A stretch of 36,239 nt of DNA from a virus (taxonomy: Duplodnaviria > Caudoviricetes). A program made the translations under genes and the position numbers. Shown here piece after piece: positions 8,768 through 17,937 of the stretch. The stretch is taken from positions 1 through 36,239 of the IMG/VR virus record IMGVR_UViG_3300025653_003531; one strand, written 5' to 3'. The first letter of the stretch is position 1; each line of letters opens with the position of its first letter. Under the pieces are notes generated by a model. The model worked only from the letters and a program-made list of their open reading frames with translations, was not told the origin of the DNA and did not search any database.

Positions 8768-9724
8768 ATGATCAAGGTAGCAACAAACGACAATTTGCTT
8801 TTCGAATGGAACGCACCAACACCAATCACAGGTGATGTCACTCTTGAAGTCTTTGGCGCTGATGCTGAAGTCAGCATCACACTCACTCAAAGCCGGTCTG
8901 ACTTATCAATCACAGCGCTAGCCAATGACAGACGAACATTGACACTAAGCGCAAGCGCAACAGCTTTACAGGCTGATCAAGTCAAAGCCTTCATCATCAC
9001 CAATGGTGATTCTCACTTTGCTGTAAAAGTCACTCGAATCGTAGACACCACAGCGATCTTGGCTGAACCATTGCCAAGAGAGATCGACCTAAGCACAAGC
9101 GCAAGTCTTCAATTCGCTATGTATTATGGAACAGTGACCACAGCACAAGTCACAGATACTTCTGGCTATTATCCTTATACTGTCAGCTATACAGCGGACA
9201 TGGGAAGTCAGAATCAATCTCGAAGCGAGAAGGGCTTGATCAAGGTCACTAATAGACCTTTTGACACCGGTCTTGATCATGATGAATTGGTCAACACTTT
9301 CGCTAATCTTGCGGACATGGTTCCAAGACGACAATCAAGTTTTGAGCCACAAATCAAGGCAAGCTTAGACGAGATTATCTTGACCATTAGAAACGCTTTA
9401 TCAGCAGACGACATCACAGAAGATGAAGTCTTTAATCCTGAAAGCTTCAAGCTTGCTCATGCTTATTGTGCATCCGCAAGAGTTTATGAACAAGCTCTCC
9501 AACTTGACGCAGCTCAAGCAATGAGAACACGTTGTGAAGAACTCATGGATAAAGCGCTCTCAACTATCTCGCTTGACTTGGATGGTGATGGAGTTGTTGA
9601 CAGTGGTGAGGAAGTCCTACCAAGAAAAGGTGGAAGCGCTTCCGACTTTCGTGCTTCTTGGCGCTGGTACTCAAAGACATCAGCTGATTCTTTCTTCACT
9701 CCAAAGAGAGGGATGAAACACTGA
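8768..9724 (+). CDS. Putative head-tail adaptor / virion protein
   Basis: Synteny, GAGGTGA SD before ATG 8768, helical C-terminal half and a DLDGDG Ca-binding-like motif. Confidence 0.5.
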   Translation: MIKVATNDNLLFEWNAPTPITGDVTLEVFGADAEVSITLTQSRSDLSITALANDRRTLTLSASATALQADQVKAFIITNGDSHFAVKVTRIVDTTAILAEPLPREIDLSTSASLQFAMYYGTVTTAQVTDTSGYYPYTVSYTADMGSQNQSRSEKGLIKVTNRPFDTGLDHDELVNTFANLADMVPRRQSSFEPQIKASLDEIILTIRNALSADDITEDEVFNPESFKLAHAYCASARVYEQALQLDAAQAMRTRCEELMDKALSTISLDLDGDGVVDSGEEVLPRKGGSASDFRASWRWYSKTSADSFFTPKRGMKH

Positions 9725-10227
9725 TGCAAGCAAGAATTGATTTAAATCTTCCAAGATCGCTTTGGACTCAAAGAGATAGTTTAGTCCTTGCTTCAAATAC
9801 TCTTGCATCAATTAAGATGAGGACAAGCAAGGGCATTGATGCAACAGGTAATCAATTTAAAGGCTATTCAACAAGGCCTTTATATGTTTTAAAGCGTGGT
9901 GCTAGACTCAAGCCAAAAGGCGGTCGTTTATCTCGAACCGGTCGAAGCGTCTTTTATCAAAATGGTTATAAACAATATAAGCATGAAAGTCGAAGACGTG
10001 GAACACCAGGAGAAAGCGCTGAAGTTGATTTGGTTCTTTCTGGAAATATGATGAACAACTTTGTTGTAAAGCAAGCGACTGTCAATGGGTTTAAATTGGG
10101 CTTAACTCAACAGGCTAATTATGGGTATAGTGTGAACATGGATCGTGAGTTTATAGGACTAACAGATCAAGAAGTTGATATTCTTGTCCGCGCTGTTGAG
10201 TTTGATTTAAGGAGAAAACTACAATGA
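9724..10227 (+). CDS. Virion morphogenesis / neck protein (Mu gpG-like)
   Basis: Basic protein with VDLVLSGNMMNNF and REFIGLT motifs. Synteny. Confidence 0.6.
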   Translation: MQARIDLNLPRSLWTQRDSLVLASNTLASIKMRTSKGIDATGNQFKGYSTRPLYVLKRGARLKPKGGRLSRTGRSVFYQNGYKQYKHESRRRGTPGESAEVDLVLSGNMMNNFVVKQATVNGFKLGLTQQANYGYSVNMDREFIGLTDQEVDILVRAVEFDLRRKLQ

Positions 10228-10688
10228 GTCAAGGCATCTTCTCAGCGCTTGAATATCTGGAAAACTCCATTGAAGCGATCAGTCCAAAAACAGATTCTCA
10301 TCATGGCTTTGTTGCAATCAATCGCGGTGGTGGCTTTACTGCCAGCTTAGAAGATAGGCCTAACTCAACAAGGTACTTTGAGCTTGCCATTGAAGGCCTT
10401 GCCATTGATGATGGTCAAGCCGGTCTTAGTGGTCGAAAGCGGTCAAGGATTCAATGCCGAGTGAGATATGACATCCCTCATGACTCAGGCTTCTTGACTC
10501 GACAAATCAATGAAGATGTTGCTGACTTAATCGACAAGCTTAAAGGTCCACAATACCAACTAGCAACAACAGGCATAATAAGCTTGATTCCTTTGCAAGC
10601 TACACTTGAAACTATACTTGATGATAGGGGTGAAGTCTTTGCTTATCTCTTGATTCTTCCTTTTGATCTTCTCTATTTGGAGTCTTAA
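10224..10688 (+). CDS. Putative tail terminator / completion protein
   Basis: 154 aa acidic protein directly upstream of the major tail gene. Confidence 0.5.
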   Translation: MSQGIFSALEYLENSIEAISPKTDSHHGFVAINRGGGFTASLEDRPNSTRYFELAIEGLAIDDGQAGLSGRKRSRIQCRVRYDIPHDSGFLTRQINEDVADLIDKLKGPQYQLATTGIISLIPLQATLETILDDRGEVFAYLLILPFDLLYLES

Positions 10689-10689
10689 A

Positions 10690-11994
10690 ATGGCAGTGAC
10701 ACACAGAAGTCTAAGCATTGCAGTTGAATCAAGCTTTGGTTCACTTTATGCATCAACAGGCCTTCCTACATCTTCGGGCCTTACTTATATCTCAATCCCT
10801 TGCGAACGTGATCCGATTGTGATTGCAGGTGAAGCGATTGTCTCAGAGCGAAATGATGCTCGTGATGGTTCTTATAATGTACCGAGTGAGCCGGACACAG
10901 TTTGGAGCGGTGGAAGTCGAGTAAGAAGACGTACAGGCTCAATCGTTTGTCGAGTTGATCTGACAACTGTTGGCAGTGCTGATGATGACTACACAGCAAA
11001 CTATCTTGGCTATCTATTAGGTGCAGGTTTCAAGACCAAGCTTCCAAGTGTTCAGAGCGACACAGTGACAGCTGTTGACGCTAACACATACACACCAACA
11101 AGCGCTCCAGCCATCACTGATATTGGAACTTTGATCAGCACTTCAATCAATGGTCGTGCTGAATACTCTGCAATTACAGATAATGCAGATGCAAGCAGTG
11201 ACGTGACAATCTCACCTGCTTTATCTTCAAGCTCTTACACTTCGGTTCGTGGCCTTCAAACTTGGTACACTCCAAGCCGAACCAATACCGGAGACTATGA
11301 AAGCTCTGTTTCATTCAAGATCGAAGGTGTCAACTTCTTATCATACGCATATGGCTGTGTGATGGAGAGCTTGAACATCACTCTTGATAACGGTCGCTTA
11401 ATGGCTGAGTTCACTTTCCAAGCAGCATACATCACCGATGATCATGCAAGTGCCACCGGTCCTGTTGAGCCAAGCTACAACACAGGCGCAGCTCCTTTAT
11501 TTAGAGGTGCTTATGTTGTGGTATCTTCAAGCGCTCCTAGCTCACTCACAAACGCAACAAGCGGAGACAAGCTTGGAAGAACAGCGCTTGATTGTGAGGA
11601 CTTCAGCTTGACCTACACAAACACTTTGACACCTATGGGCCACAGCAACAGTATCTTGGCAATGTCTGACATGGAGATCAGCGATGTTCAAGTTGAGCTA
11701 TCTCTGACTTTGTCAACAGTGAATACAACTATTGCAAATGACTTCTTCAATAGAACAGTTCGCCAAGTCTTAGTTGGTACAGGCCCACAAGGAACCGGTC
11801 AAGGTTGTGCAATCATGCTTCCTGCTGCAATGCTCACAAGTGATCCATCGGTTTATGATGTTTCAGGGAATGACATTGTGAGACAACAGCTTAATTATGT
11901 TCAATCAAGATATGCTGGTGACTTCTCCACAACTGCTTATGAAGCAAACGCAGGGAACTCTCCATTTAGACTTGGTTTAGGAATTGGTGACTAA
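10690..11994 (+). CDS. Major tail (tube) protein
   Basis: Ser/Thr-rich beta protein (SIAVESSFGS, YGCVMESLNITL, FSLTYTNTL) upstream of chaperone and tape measure. ATG 10690 follows GGAG. Confidence 0.75.
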   Translation: MAVTHRSLSIAVESSFGSLYASTGLPTSSGLTYISIPCERDPIVIAGEAIVSERNDARDGSYNVPSEPDTVWSGGSRVRRRTGSIVCRVDLTTVGSADDDYTANYLGYLLGAGFKTKLPSVQSDTVTAVDANTYTPTSAPAITDIGTLISTSINGRAEYSAITDNADASSDVTISPALSSSSYTSVRGLQTWYTPSRTNTGDYESSVSFKIEGVNFLSYAYGCVMESLNITLDNGRLMAEFTFQAAYITDDHASATGPVEPSYNTGAAPLFRGAYVVVSSSAPSSLTNATSGDKLGRTALDCEDFSLTYTNTLTPMGHSNSILAMSDMEISDVQVELSLTLSTVNTTIANDFFNRTVRQVLVGTGPQGTGQGCAIMLPAAMLTSDPSVYDVSGNDIVRQQLNYVQSRYAGDFSTTAYEANAGNSPFRLGLGIGD

Positions 11995-11995
11995 A

Positions 11996-12508
11996 ATGGC
12001 TTTAAGCTTCTTAACTAGCGCGGATCAAACACTTGAGATCGTTATTACTAGTGATTCCGGTGTGAAGGCAACAGACGAACAAAAAGCAAAGTATATTCAA
12101 AGCGGTGACTTGAATGACTTGGAGTCTGTGAGTGAGGATGCAACTCGATTCACAATCAAAGCATTGTCACCAAGCGAACGTGAAGAAGCTGAAGTCAGAG
12201 CAGGCGCGTACACTCGAAGCGAGTTGGGGCGGATGCTTTGGGTGGAAGCGCCAAGCGATTCAAAAGCAAGGGCTGTCTGGCATCACAATCTAACAGATGA
12301 TGAACGTGAAGCAATGGCCAATTATGAAGCCTACTTGAACCGAGTTTATAATGAAATGATCATATCTTCATTGACTCACATTGACAATGAGGAAGCGAGC
12401 ATTGACAAAGTCCAACTGATTCGACCAGAGTCCGCAAGGATCAAGGCAATCTCTGAACTTGTCGCACATATCCAAAGAATCAGCCTGTTAGGCATTGAGG
12501 GAAAATAG
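11996..12508 (+). CDS. Tail assembly chaperone (gpG-like)
   Basis: Between tail tube and tape measure. Ends GAG GGA AAA TAG on a slippery heptamer. Confidence 0.82.
   Translation: MALSFLTSADQTLEIVITSDSGVKATDEQKAKYIQSGDLNDLESVSEDATRFTIKALSPSEREEAEVRAGAYTRSELGRMLWVEAPSDSKARAVWHHNLTDDEREAMANYEAYLNRVYNEMIISSLTHIDNEEASIDKVQLIRPESARIKAISELVAHIQRISLLGIEGK
12499..12505 (+). promoter_or_regulatory. -1 programmed ribosomal frameshift site G GGA AAA
   Basis: X XXY YYZ heptamer in the correct phase just before the stop. The -1 frame is stop-free from here to 12936. Confidence 0.88.
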
Positions 12509-12936
12509 CGCTGGCCTCTTCGGTTTGGCTTAGTCATTCGAAGGGGCGAGCTTGGTCATGTGAACAATGCCAAGCCAAGCAAGGATTAAGGAAGCTTCGT
12601 GGGAACTGTGGTGGAGCTTTTAAAAAAGGCTTGCCTATGCTTCAGACAGATGAAGAAGGGTATTACTTGCCAGGTTATCGAGTGGCTCCCGATTGTGGTG
12701 AAGACTATTCAGATTTAAAGATTCGATCTTGTCCGGTCGCTTCATCAAATAAGCTTGCTTCAATTATTCAAGCTTATCATAGACACAGAGCCGGACTTGC
12801 TGAGATAACACATACATATCCAAATCCAACTTGCGCTCTACTTGAAGCCGTTGACGTGCTACACTCAAACACAGAAGAAGCGCATTATAGAACACAAGAA
12901 CGCATGATGAAAGAAGCTCACAATGGCAACAAATAG
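12505..12936 (+). CDS. gpT-like extension of the tail chaperone (translated as a G-T fusion)
   Basis: The -1 frame reads IALASSVWLSHSKGRAWSCEQCQAKQGLRKLRGNCGGAFKKG and continues into ORF 12631-12936. Confidence 0.8.
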   Translation: MALASSVWLSHSKGRAWSCEQCQAKQGLRKLRGNCGGAFKKGLPMLQTDEEGYYLPGYRVAPDCGEDYSDLKIRSCPVASSNKLASIIQAYHRHRAGLAEITHTYPNPTCALLEAVDVLHSNTEEAHYRTQERMMKEAHNGNK

Positions 12937-15064
12937 AAGAATTGAGATTGATGTTGTTTTAAATACTGAGCAAGTTGATCAAGGCTTCCAAGAGATTGAG
13001 CAAGGCGGAAAAGATCTTGGCAAGACTTTCACCGGTGTTGGTGAGACTTTTACCGGTGTTAGTGGTGCAATAACTAGCATGGGTGATAATGCAACTCAAA
13101 AGCTTGGTGCTGTTGGTCAAACAGCTCAAGGTGCTATTAGTTCACTTGTTGCGCTCGGTCAATCTGCTCAAACTGCCGGAACAAGCTTTAGCGCTTTGCT
13201 TGGTCCTATTGGCTTAGTTGGTGTTGCAGTTTTTCAAGTGGCTAAAGCTTGGAGAGAATACCAAGATGAAGTCAATGGAGTTAATGTTCGTCATGATGCT
13301 TACATTGCTTCGGTTAGCGAATTAACTTCAGCGCTTGAAGAGTTGGCCACCTATCAAGTCAAGCTTAATAAAGCTGAAGTTGAACGATTGCAAAACTTAA
13401 GTATGCAAGCGAAACTTGATATTGAATCAGCTCAAGAAATAAGAGAACGGAATGCTGCTATAGATAAGCGAATCTTTAGACTTGATATAGAGATTAAACA
13501 AGCTAAAGAACGATTGAAAATAAATAAAGAATTACTAACTAGTCAAAAAGGTTCAATAGCATCTTCAAGAATGATTGAACAAGCTGCTTTATCTTTAGCT
13601 CAGGCACAAGCTGAGATTGAGAAAAAAGAACAGACTAGATTGTATTTAAGTGAGAAGCTAAAGCGTAAAGAACAAGAAGCAATCGAACTTGGTCAAAAAG
13701 GTGCAAACAACTTTGCTAAGTTTGAAGCTGAAAAAGAGAGACTTTTAAAACGATCTCCAAAGCTGAGAGGTGAGCAACTTAATGCTGAAGCTAAACTTCT
13801 CGAAGATGCAGCGCTTGAACAATTAAAGCTCAGAGAGAAAACAGAACAAAATCTGACAAACATTGCAGTTATTCAATCTAATCGCAGAATCAGAGAGATA
13901 AGAGCACAGGAAACACTTAGCCAAGAAATCAGAGCAAAAGCTATCAAGTCCGAAGAAGAGCGCTTGATGCTTGAACTTGCTCAGATTCAAAAAGATGCTC
14001 AAGTTAAAGCGCAACAAGAACAAGCAAAACGAAGAGCAATGGCGGCAGCTTATAGAGCTAAACGATTAGCAGAAGAGAGACAAGCCGAAGCTGAACAAGC
14101 TCAAATTAGAAATCTTGAAATTGCTCGTCTTCAAATCGTTGGTGTTGAAAAAGAAACAATCTTAAAACTTCAATATGAGCAAGAACTAAAGCTAGCTGGA
14201 GATAATGATAGAAAAAAGATTATTGCTCAATTAAGATACAATAATGCAATCACTCAGCTTGAACTTGATAGGCGCAAAAAAGAAAAGTCTGAATTAGAAG
14301 CAAGGCAAAAAGCCGAGCAAGAAAGTTTAAGAATCAGACAAGAGCAAATGAAAGCTTTCATGTTTGATACTGAAGAGTTTAATGCTCAACAGATTAAAGA
14401 CCAAACACAACGAGAGATTGCTTTACTTGATTTAAAATATAAAAGAGAGATTGAGCTTAATAAGCATACTCAAGAAGAGATTACAGAGCTTCAACGTAGA
14501 CAAACAATAGAGCGTCAAAAAATAGTTAATCAATCAATCAATGCTCAAATTGAAAAAGTGGGAGAGTTCGCTAGTCAATATGGCGCTGGTCTTGTAGAAG
14601 CTGCTTATGCTTCACTTTTATTTGGTGAGAACTTCAAAGAATCCGTTGGAAATATATTGATCTCACTTGGTCAACAAGCAGCGGTTCAAAGTCTAATGGA
14701 GACAGCAAAAGGAACAGCAGCTTTAATTCTCAATCCTGCAACAGCTTCAAATCACTTTGTTGCGGCTGGTTTATTCGCAGGTGCAGCAGCTTCGGCTGGT
14801 ATAGCAGGTAAAGCAATGGGCGGTGGTGGCGGTGGTTCAATGGCCACAGCTTCAGCCGGTGCAACTTCTCCAACAGGCACACCACAGACAGCGACCACAC
14901 CACAGCGAGAGCAAGCGGAAACATCAAGCATGGTGTTTAACATCAACTTTGGTGGCGCTGTCATCTATGATACTCAAAGAGCAGCTGAACAAGCTCTTGC
15001 GGATCGAATCACTAACCTTCAGAATACTCGAAGACGTGGAGCGCCAAGAAGGGGGGCCATGTAA
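12923..15064 (+). CDS. Tape measure protein
   Basis: 713 aa. N-terminal IEIDVVLNT, Gly/Ala helical repeats, long coiled coil, C-terminal FNINFGGAVI. Follows the G/T chaperone. Confidence 0.88.
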   Translation: MATNRRIEIDVVLNTEQVDQGFQEIEQGGKDLGKTFTGVGETFTGVSGAITSMGDNATQKLGAVGQTAQGAISSLVALGQSAQTAGTSFSALLGPIGLVGVAVFQVAKAWREYQDEVNGVNVRHDAYIASVSELTSALEELATYQVKLNKAEVERLQNLSMQAKLDIESAQEIRERNAAIDKRIFRLDIEIKQAKERLKINKELLTSQKGSIASSRMIEQAALSLAQAQAEIEKKEQTRLYLSEKLKRKEQEAIELGQKGANNFAKFEAEKERLLKRSPKLRGEQLNAEAKLLEDAALEQLKLREKTEQNLTNIAVIQSNRRIREIRAQETLSQEIRAKAIKSEEERLMLELAQIQKDAQVKAQQEQAKRRAMAAAYRAKRLAEERQAEAEQAQIRNLEIARLQIVGVEKETILKLQYEQELKLAGDNDRKKIIAQLRYNNAITQLELDRRKKEKSELEARQKAEQESLRIRQEQMKAFMFDTEEFNAQQIKDQTQREIALLDLKYKREIELNKHTQEEITELQRRQTIERQKIVNQSINAQIEKVGEFASQYGAGLVEAAYASLLFGENFKESVGNILISLGQQAAVQSLMETAKGTAALILNPATASNHFVAAGLFAGAAASAGIAGKAMGGGGGGSMATASAGATSPTGTPQTATTPQREQAETSSMVFNINFGGAVIYDTQRAAEQALADRITNLQNTRRRGAPRRGAM

Positions 15065-16263
15065 TGCCATTAAATAATCCAGCGCCAAACTTTGGGCTTT
15101 TAACTTCCATTGATATGACCGGCCAAAGTGGGGAGACTATCTTCACTCGCTCCGGTGGCAGTGATGTGGACCTTCCAAACTATGCAAGCGGTCAAGGCTA
15201 TTATGAGGATATGCTTTTCTTCTTGAATGGTCGGGGAGTTGATGCAAGCTTCAAAGCTGATTATCAACTTAGCCTTGCCACCTTTGGAACATCTTGGGCG
15301 ATGACTATCAACGAAGACGACAAGGTGACTATCACTTCGGATGTTCAATTCAAAGTGACATCAACCGGAAGTGATGATCCTTTTGGTTTTGGCACTTCAA
15401 CACTTGTGGCCAGCTTGGTTGGTTCTGACTATGTGTTGAGCGCTCCCAATGATTGGGCTAGGGGCTTGATTGATCTTGATGATGTCAGCTATCGCATTGA
15501 TGAGTCAGGCGGATCAAATACTTTTAATATCCCAAGCATTAAAAGCGATGTTCAAGATGTGACTTGCTTTATTCGCGGTTATGATGAAAGCGACTCAGAC
15601 AGCTTTGGATTAAGCTCACTTCAAGCGCTTGATAATACTGCTCAAAGCTCAACTGACATCACTTGGACTTTAACCGATCAAGGTTATGTTCAATGTCATT
15701 ATAGGACTAGCTTAGGTGATATAACATGGAGCAACACAACGATCAGAAACTTGCTAGGATTCACAGGGGAAGAATCACCGGTCACCGATGGTACACACTC
15801 CCGAATCACATCAACCCACAAGAGTCATGGGGTATTACTTCCCTCAAGACCTTATCAGAATCACCACCTAAAAGCGGAGAACATGAGCCAAAGCCGGAGA
15901 AAGATCGGTGGCGGTTATGTCTCAAACTTCATCGGCTCTTATGTCACATCCATTCTAAGATTCGATCTTGATGCTTTGCTTGATCAAGTTGACGACTATA
16001 AACACTTTATAAATAACTTCTTGCCATTGGTGGGGAGTGGCGAGCGTATCAACTTTTATCAATCTTGGGGGGACTCCCGGAGAGCCTTGACATCTAGCCA
16101 AGTTAATTCGAGTCAACCAAGCTATGATCTTTTATATACTTCAGAAGATAATGGCGCTCTTGGTCGAGTGAGAGGAAGCTTGACAACTTCCGACTTCGAT
16201 TTGGCCTATCCAACTCGATTAAAAAGAAGAGTACCGGTGAACATGGAGATTGAACACCTATGA
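15064..16263 (+). CDS. Tail protein (distal-tail position)
   Basis: 399 aa, Ser/Thr/Asp-rich, coupled to the tape measure stop. Confidence 0.55.
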   Translation: MPLNNPAPNFGLLTSIDMTGQSGETIFTRSGGSDVDLPNYASGQGYYEDMLFFLNGRGVDASFKADYQLSLATFGTSWAMTINEDDKVTITSDVQFKVTSTGSDDPFGFGTSTLVASLVGSDYVLSAPNDWARGLIDLDDVSYRIDESGGSNTFNIPSIKSDVQDVTCFIRGYDESDSDSFGLSSLQALDNTAQSSTDITWTLTDQGYVQCHYRTSLGDITWSNTTIRNLLGFTGEESPVTDGTHSRITSTHKSHGVLLPSRPYQNHHLKAENMSQSRRKIGGGYVSNFIGSYVTSILRFDLDALLDQVDDYKHFINNFLPLVGSGERINFYQSWGDSRRALTSSQVNSSQPSYDLLYTSEDNGALGRVRGSLTTSDFDLAYPTRLKRRVPVNMEIEHL

Positions 16264-17327
16264 GCAACTCATATACAACACCACCGACTTTGGTTGATCC
16301 AAGTAGAGTGACAGCTGGATTGACATTGAGGACCACAGAAATCTCCAAACTTGGAGAGCTTCAAAATTATGCTTTTGCTCATGGTGGTTGTGTGGATGCA
16401 GTGGCTCAAGCTTGGGGGCCTGCTGTCTTTAGAGTAGATGCAACAAGTCCAACAGATGTCTGTGAGTGGTATATCCCAAGACCAAGCAATCATCACAATG
16501 TGTTCAAGCTTAGAATAGCTTGTCACCGAACAGCTTCAGGAAACAAGATAGGCGGAAGAATTACCTTTCCTTTATCTGCCAATAGTTATGATGCAGATAT
16601 AGCCATAACGGATTCAACAAGATACAGTTCAGCCTTTGAAGAATTAAGTATCTCAGTGACAGCTTCAGAGAATGAGCTTTTTTGTAAGCTGACTTTGTTT
16701 GTCGAATGTGTCAGTGGGTATGTTGAAATATCCAATATCAATGGCAGTTGGACTTATATCAGTTCACCTTTATCAACCGGAGTTCTTCAGCAAGGTTCGA
16801 ACACATTTATACCACAGGGAATCAACCGACTTGGCGCTGATCGACCATTGAGCGCTCGCTTTGGTGTAGAGACATTGAGCAACATCACTACATTGAGGAA
16901 GAGAGGAAGAACTCTTTTAAATTGGTCGGGAGCTTTTGACTTTGTGTCTGGAAGCACCGGACCGGCTAAAGGTTTAGGAACTTTCGAATCTGACTTGATG
17001 TTTTCTATTGTCTCCTTGTTTGGCGGAATGAACCAACAGGAGGATCTTGATGTGGATGTCTTCATCAATGTTGAGAATTATGTCAGCGGTACTTTTGAGG
17101 TTGAAATCTTTGGGTATAGATTAGCCATTGTTCAGAATGGCTGGAATAGATATGGCCTAAGCTTGAGGCTAAGTGAATTAGAGAGATACAGCCGAGACTT
17201 TAGACTCTCTATGTATCAAGTCGGCTTGATGCCAACAGCAAGAAATCAAGAGATCTTACTTGGTGATGATAACCGAATCACTTCAAGTCCGGTTTATATC
17301 AAGGGCCTGTCGATCATAGGAGTTTAA
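16260..17327 (+). CDS. Putative tail protein
   Basis: 355 aa beta-rich ORF, ATGA-coupled within the tail operon. Confidence 0.5.
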   Translation: MSNSYTTPPTLVDPSRVTAGLTLRTTEISKLGELQNYAFAHGGCVDAVAQAWGPAVFRVDATSPTDVCEWYIPRPSNHHNVFKLRIACHRTASGNKIGGRITFPLSANSYDADIAITDSTRYSSAFEELSISVTASENELFCKLTLFVECVSGYVEISNINGSWTYISSPLSTGVLQQGSNTFIPQGINRLGADRPLSARFGVETLSNITTLRKRGRTLLNWSGAFDFVSGSTGPAKGLGTFESDLMFSIVSLFGGMNQQEDLDVDVFINVENYVSGTFEVEIFGYRLAIVQNGWNRYGLSLRLSELERYSRDFRLSMYQVGLMPTARNQEILLGDDNRITSSPVYIKGLSIIGV

Positions 17328-17328
17328 A

Positions 17329-17937
17329 GTGTTAATTCCAACAGGATATAAAAGCCTTCCAAATGAGCAAGGTTGCTACAATAACCAAGTTCTTTTTGGT
17401 TCAACTGTCAGCCAAATGGCTAGCGCTTTAGCTCAACTGACTCACTGTAAGTTCTTAGCTCAAGCTCATTATCATATTGGTCAGCCTTGCTTCACTGCTA
17501 TTGGTGGAAGACAAGGAGCAAGCACACTATATAAAGATGTTAGTCAATATAATCTCATGTATCAGACAACACCTTTAAGCAGTCACTTAGCCTTAATTGT
17601 TCAATGTAGATCTTGGGGAGATCCCAATGTGAGCAGCTACTTTGATGTTGAGTTGAGGAACACGACAAGCAACAGCTACTCAGGAACTGTTTTAGATTAT
17701 GGAATCAGATTCCAACAAGGATCAGACTTGACCGGTGGATCCTTCGAAACCTTTACAGCTTTTACAGGTAGCGAGTTGATTGAAGCGCCAACGAATACAA
17801 CACCAGACTTTCCAAGACCTTTGTTTGTGCCAAGCGCTAATCGTGGCCAACTGTTAAATCTGAGATTTGACTTTAATTATGTTGAAGCCTTTACTATTCA
17901 TATATATGACTTGTTAATTCCAGAGGTGACTCCATGA
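17329..17937 (+). CDS. Putative tail protein
   Basis: GTG start after AGGAG, within the tail operon. Confidence 0.5.
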   Translation: MLIPTGYKSLPNEQGCYNNQVLFGSTVSQMASALAQLTHCKFLAQAHYHIGQPCFTAIGGRQGASTLYKDVSQYNLMYQTTPLSSHLALIVQCRSWGDPNVSSYFDVELRNTTSNSYSGTVLDYGIRFQQGSDLTGGSFETFTAFTGSELIEAPTNTTPDFPRPLFVPSANRGQLLNLRFDFNYVEAFTIHIYDLLIPEVTP

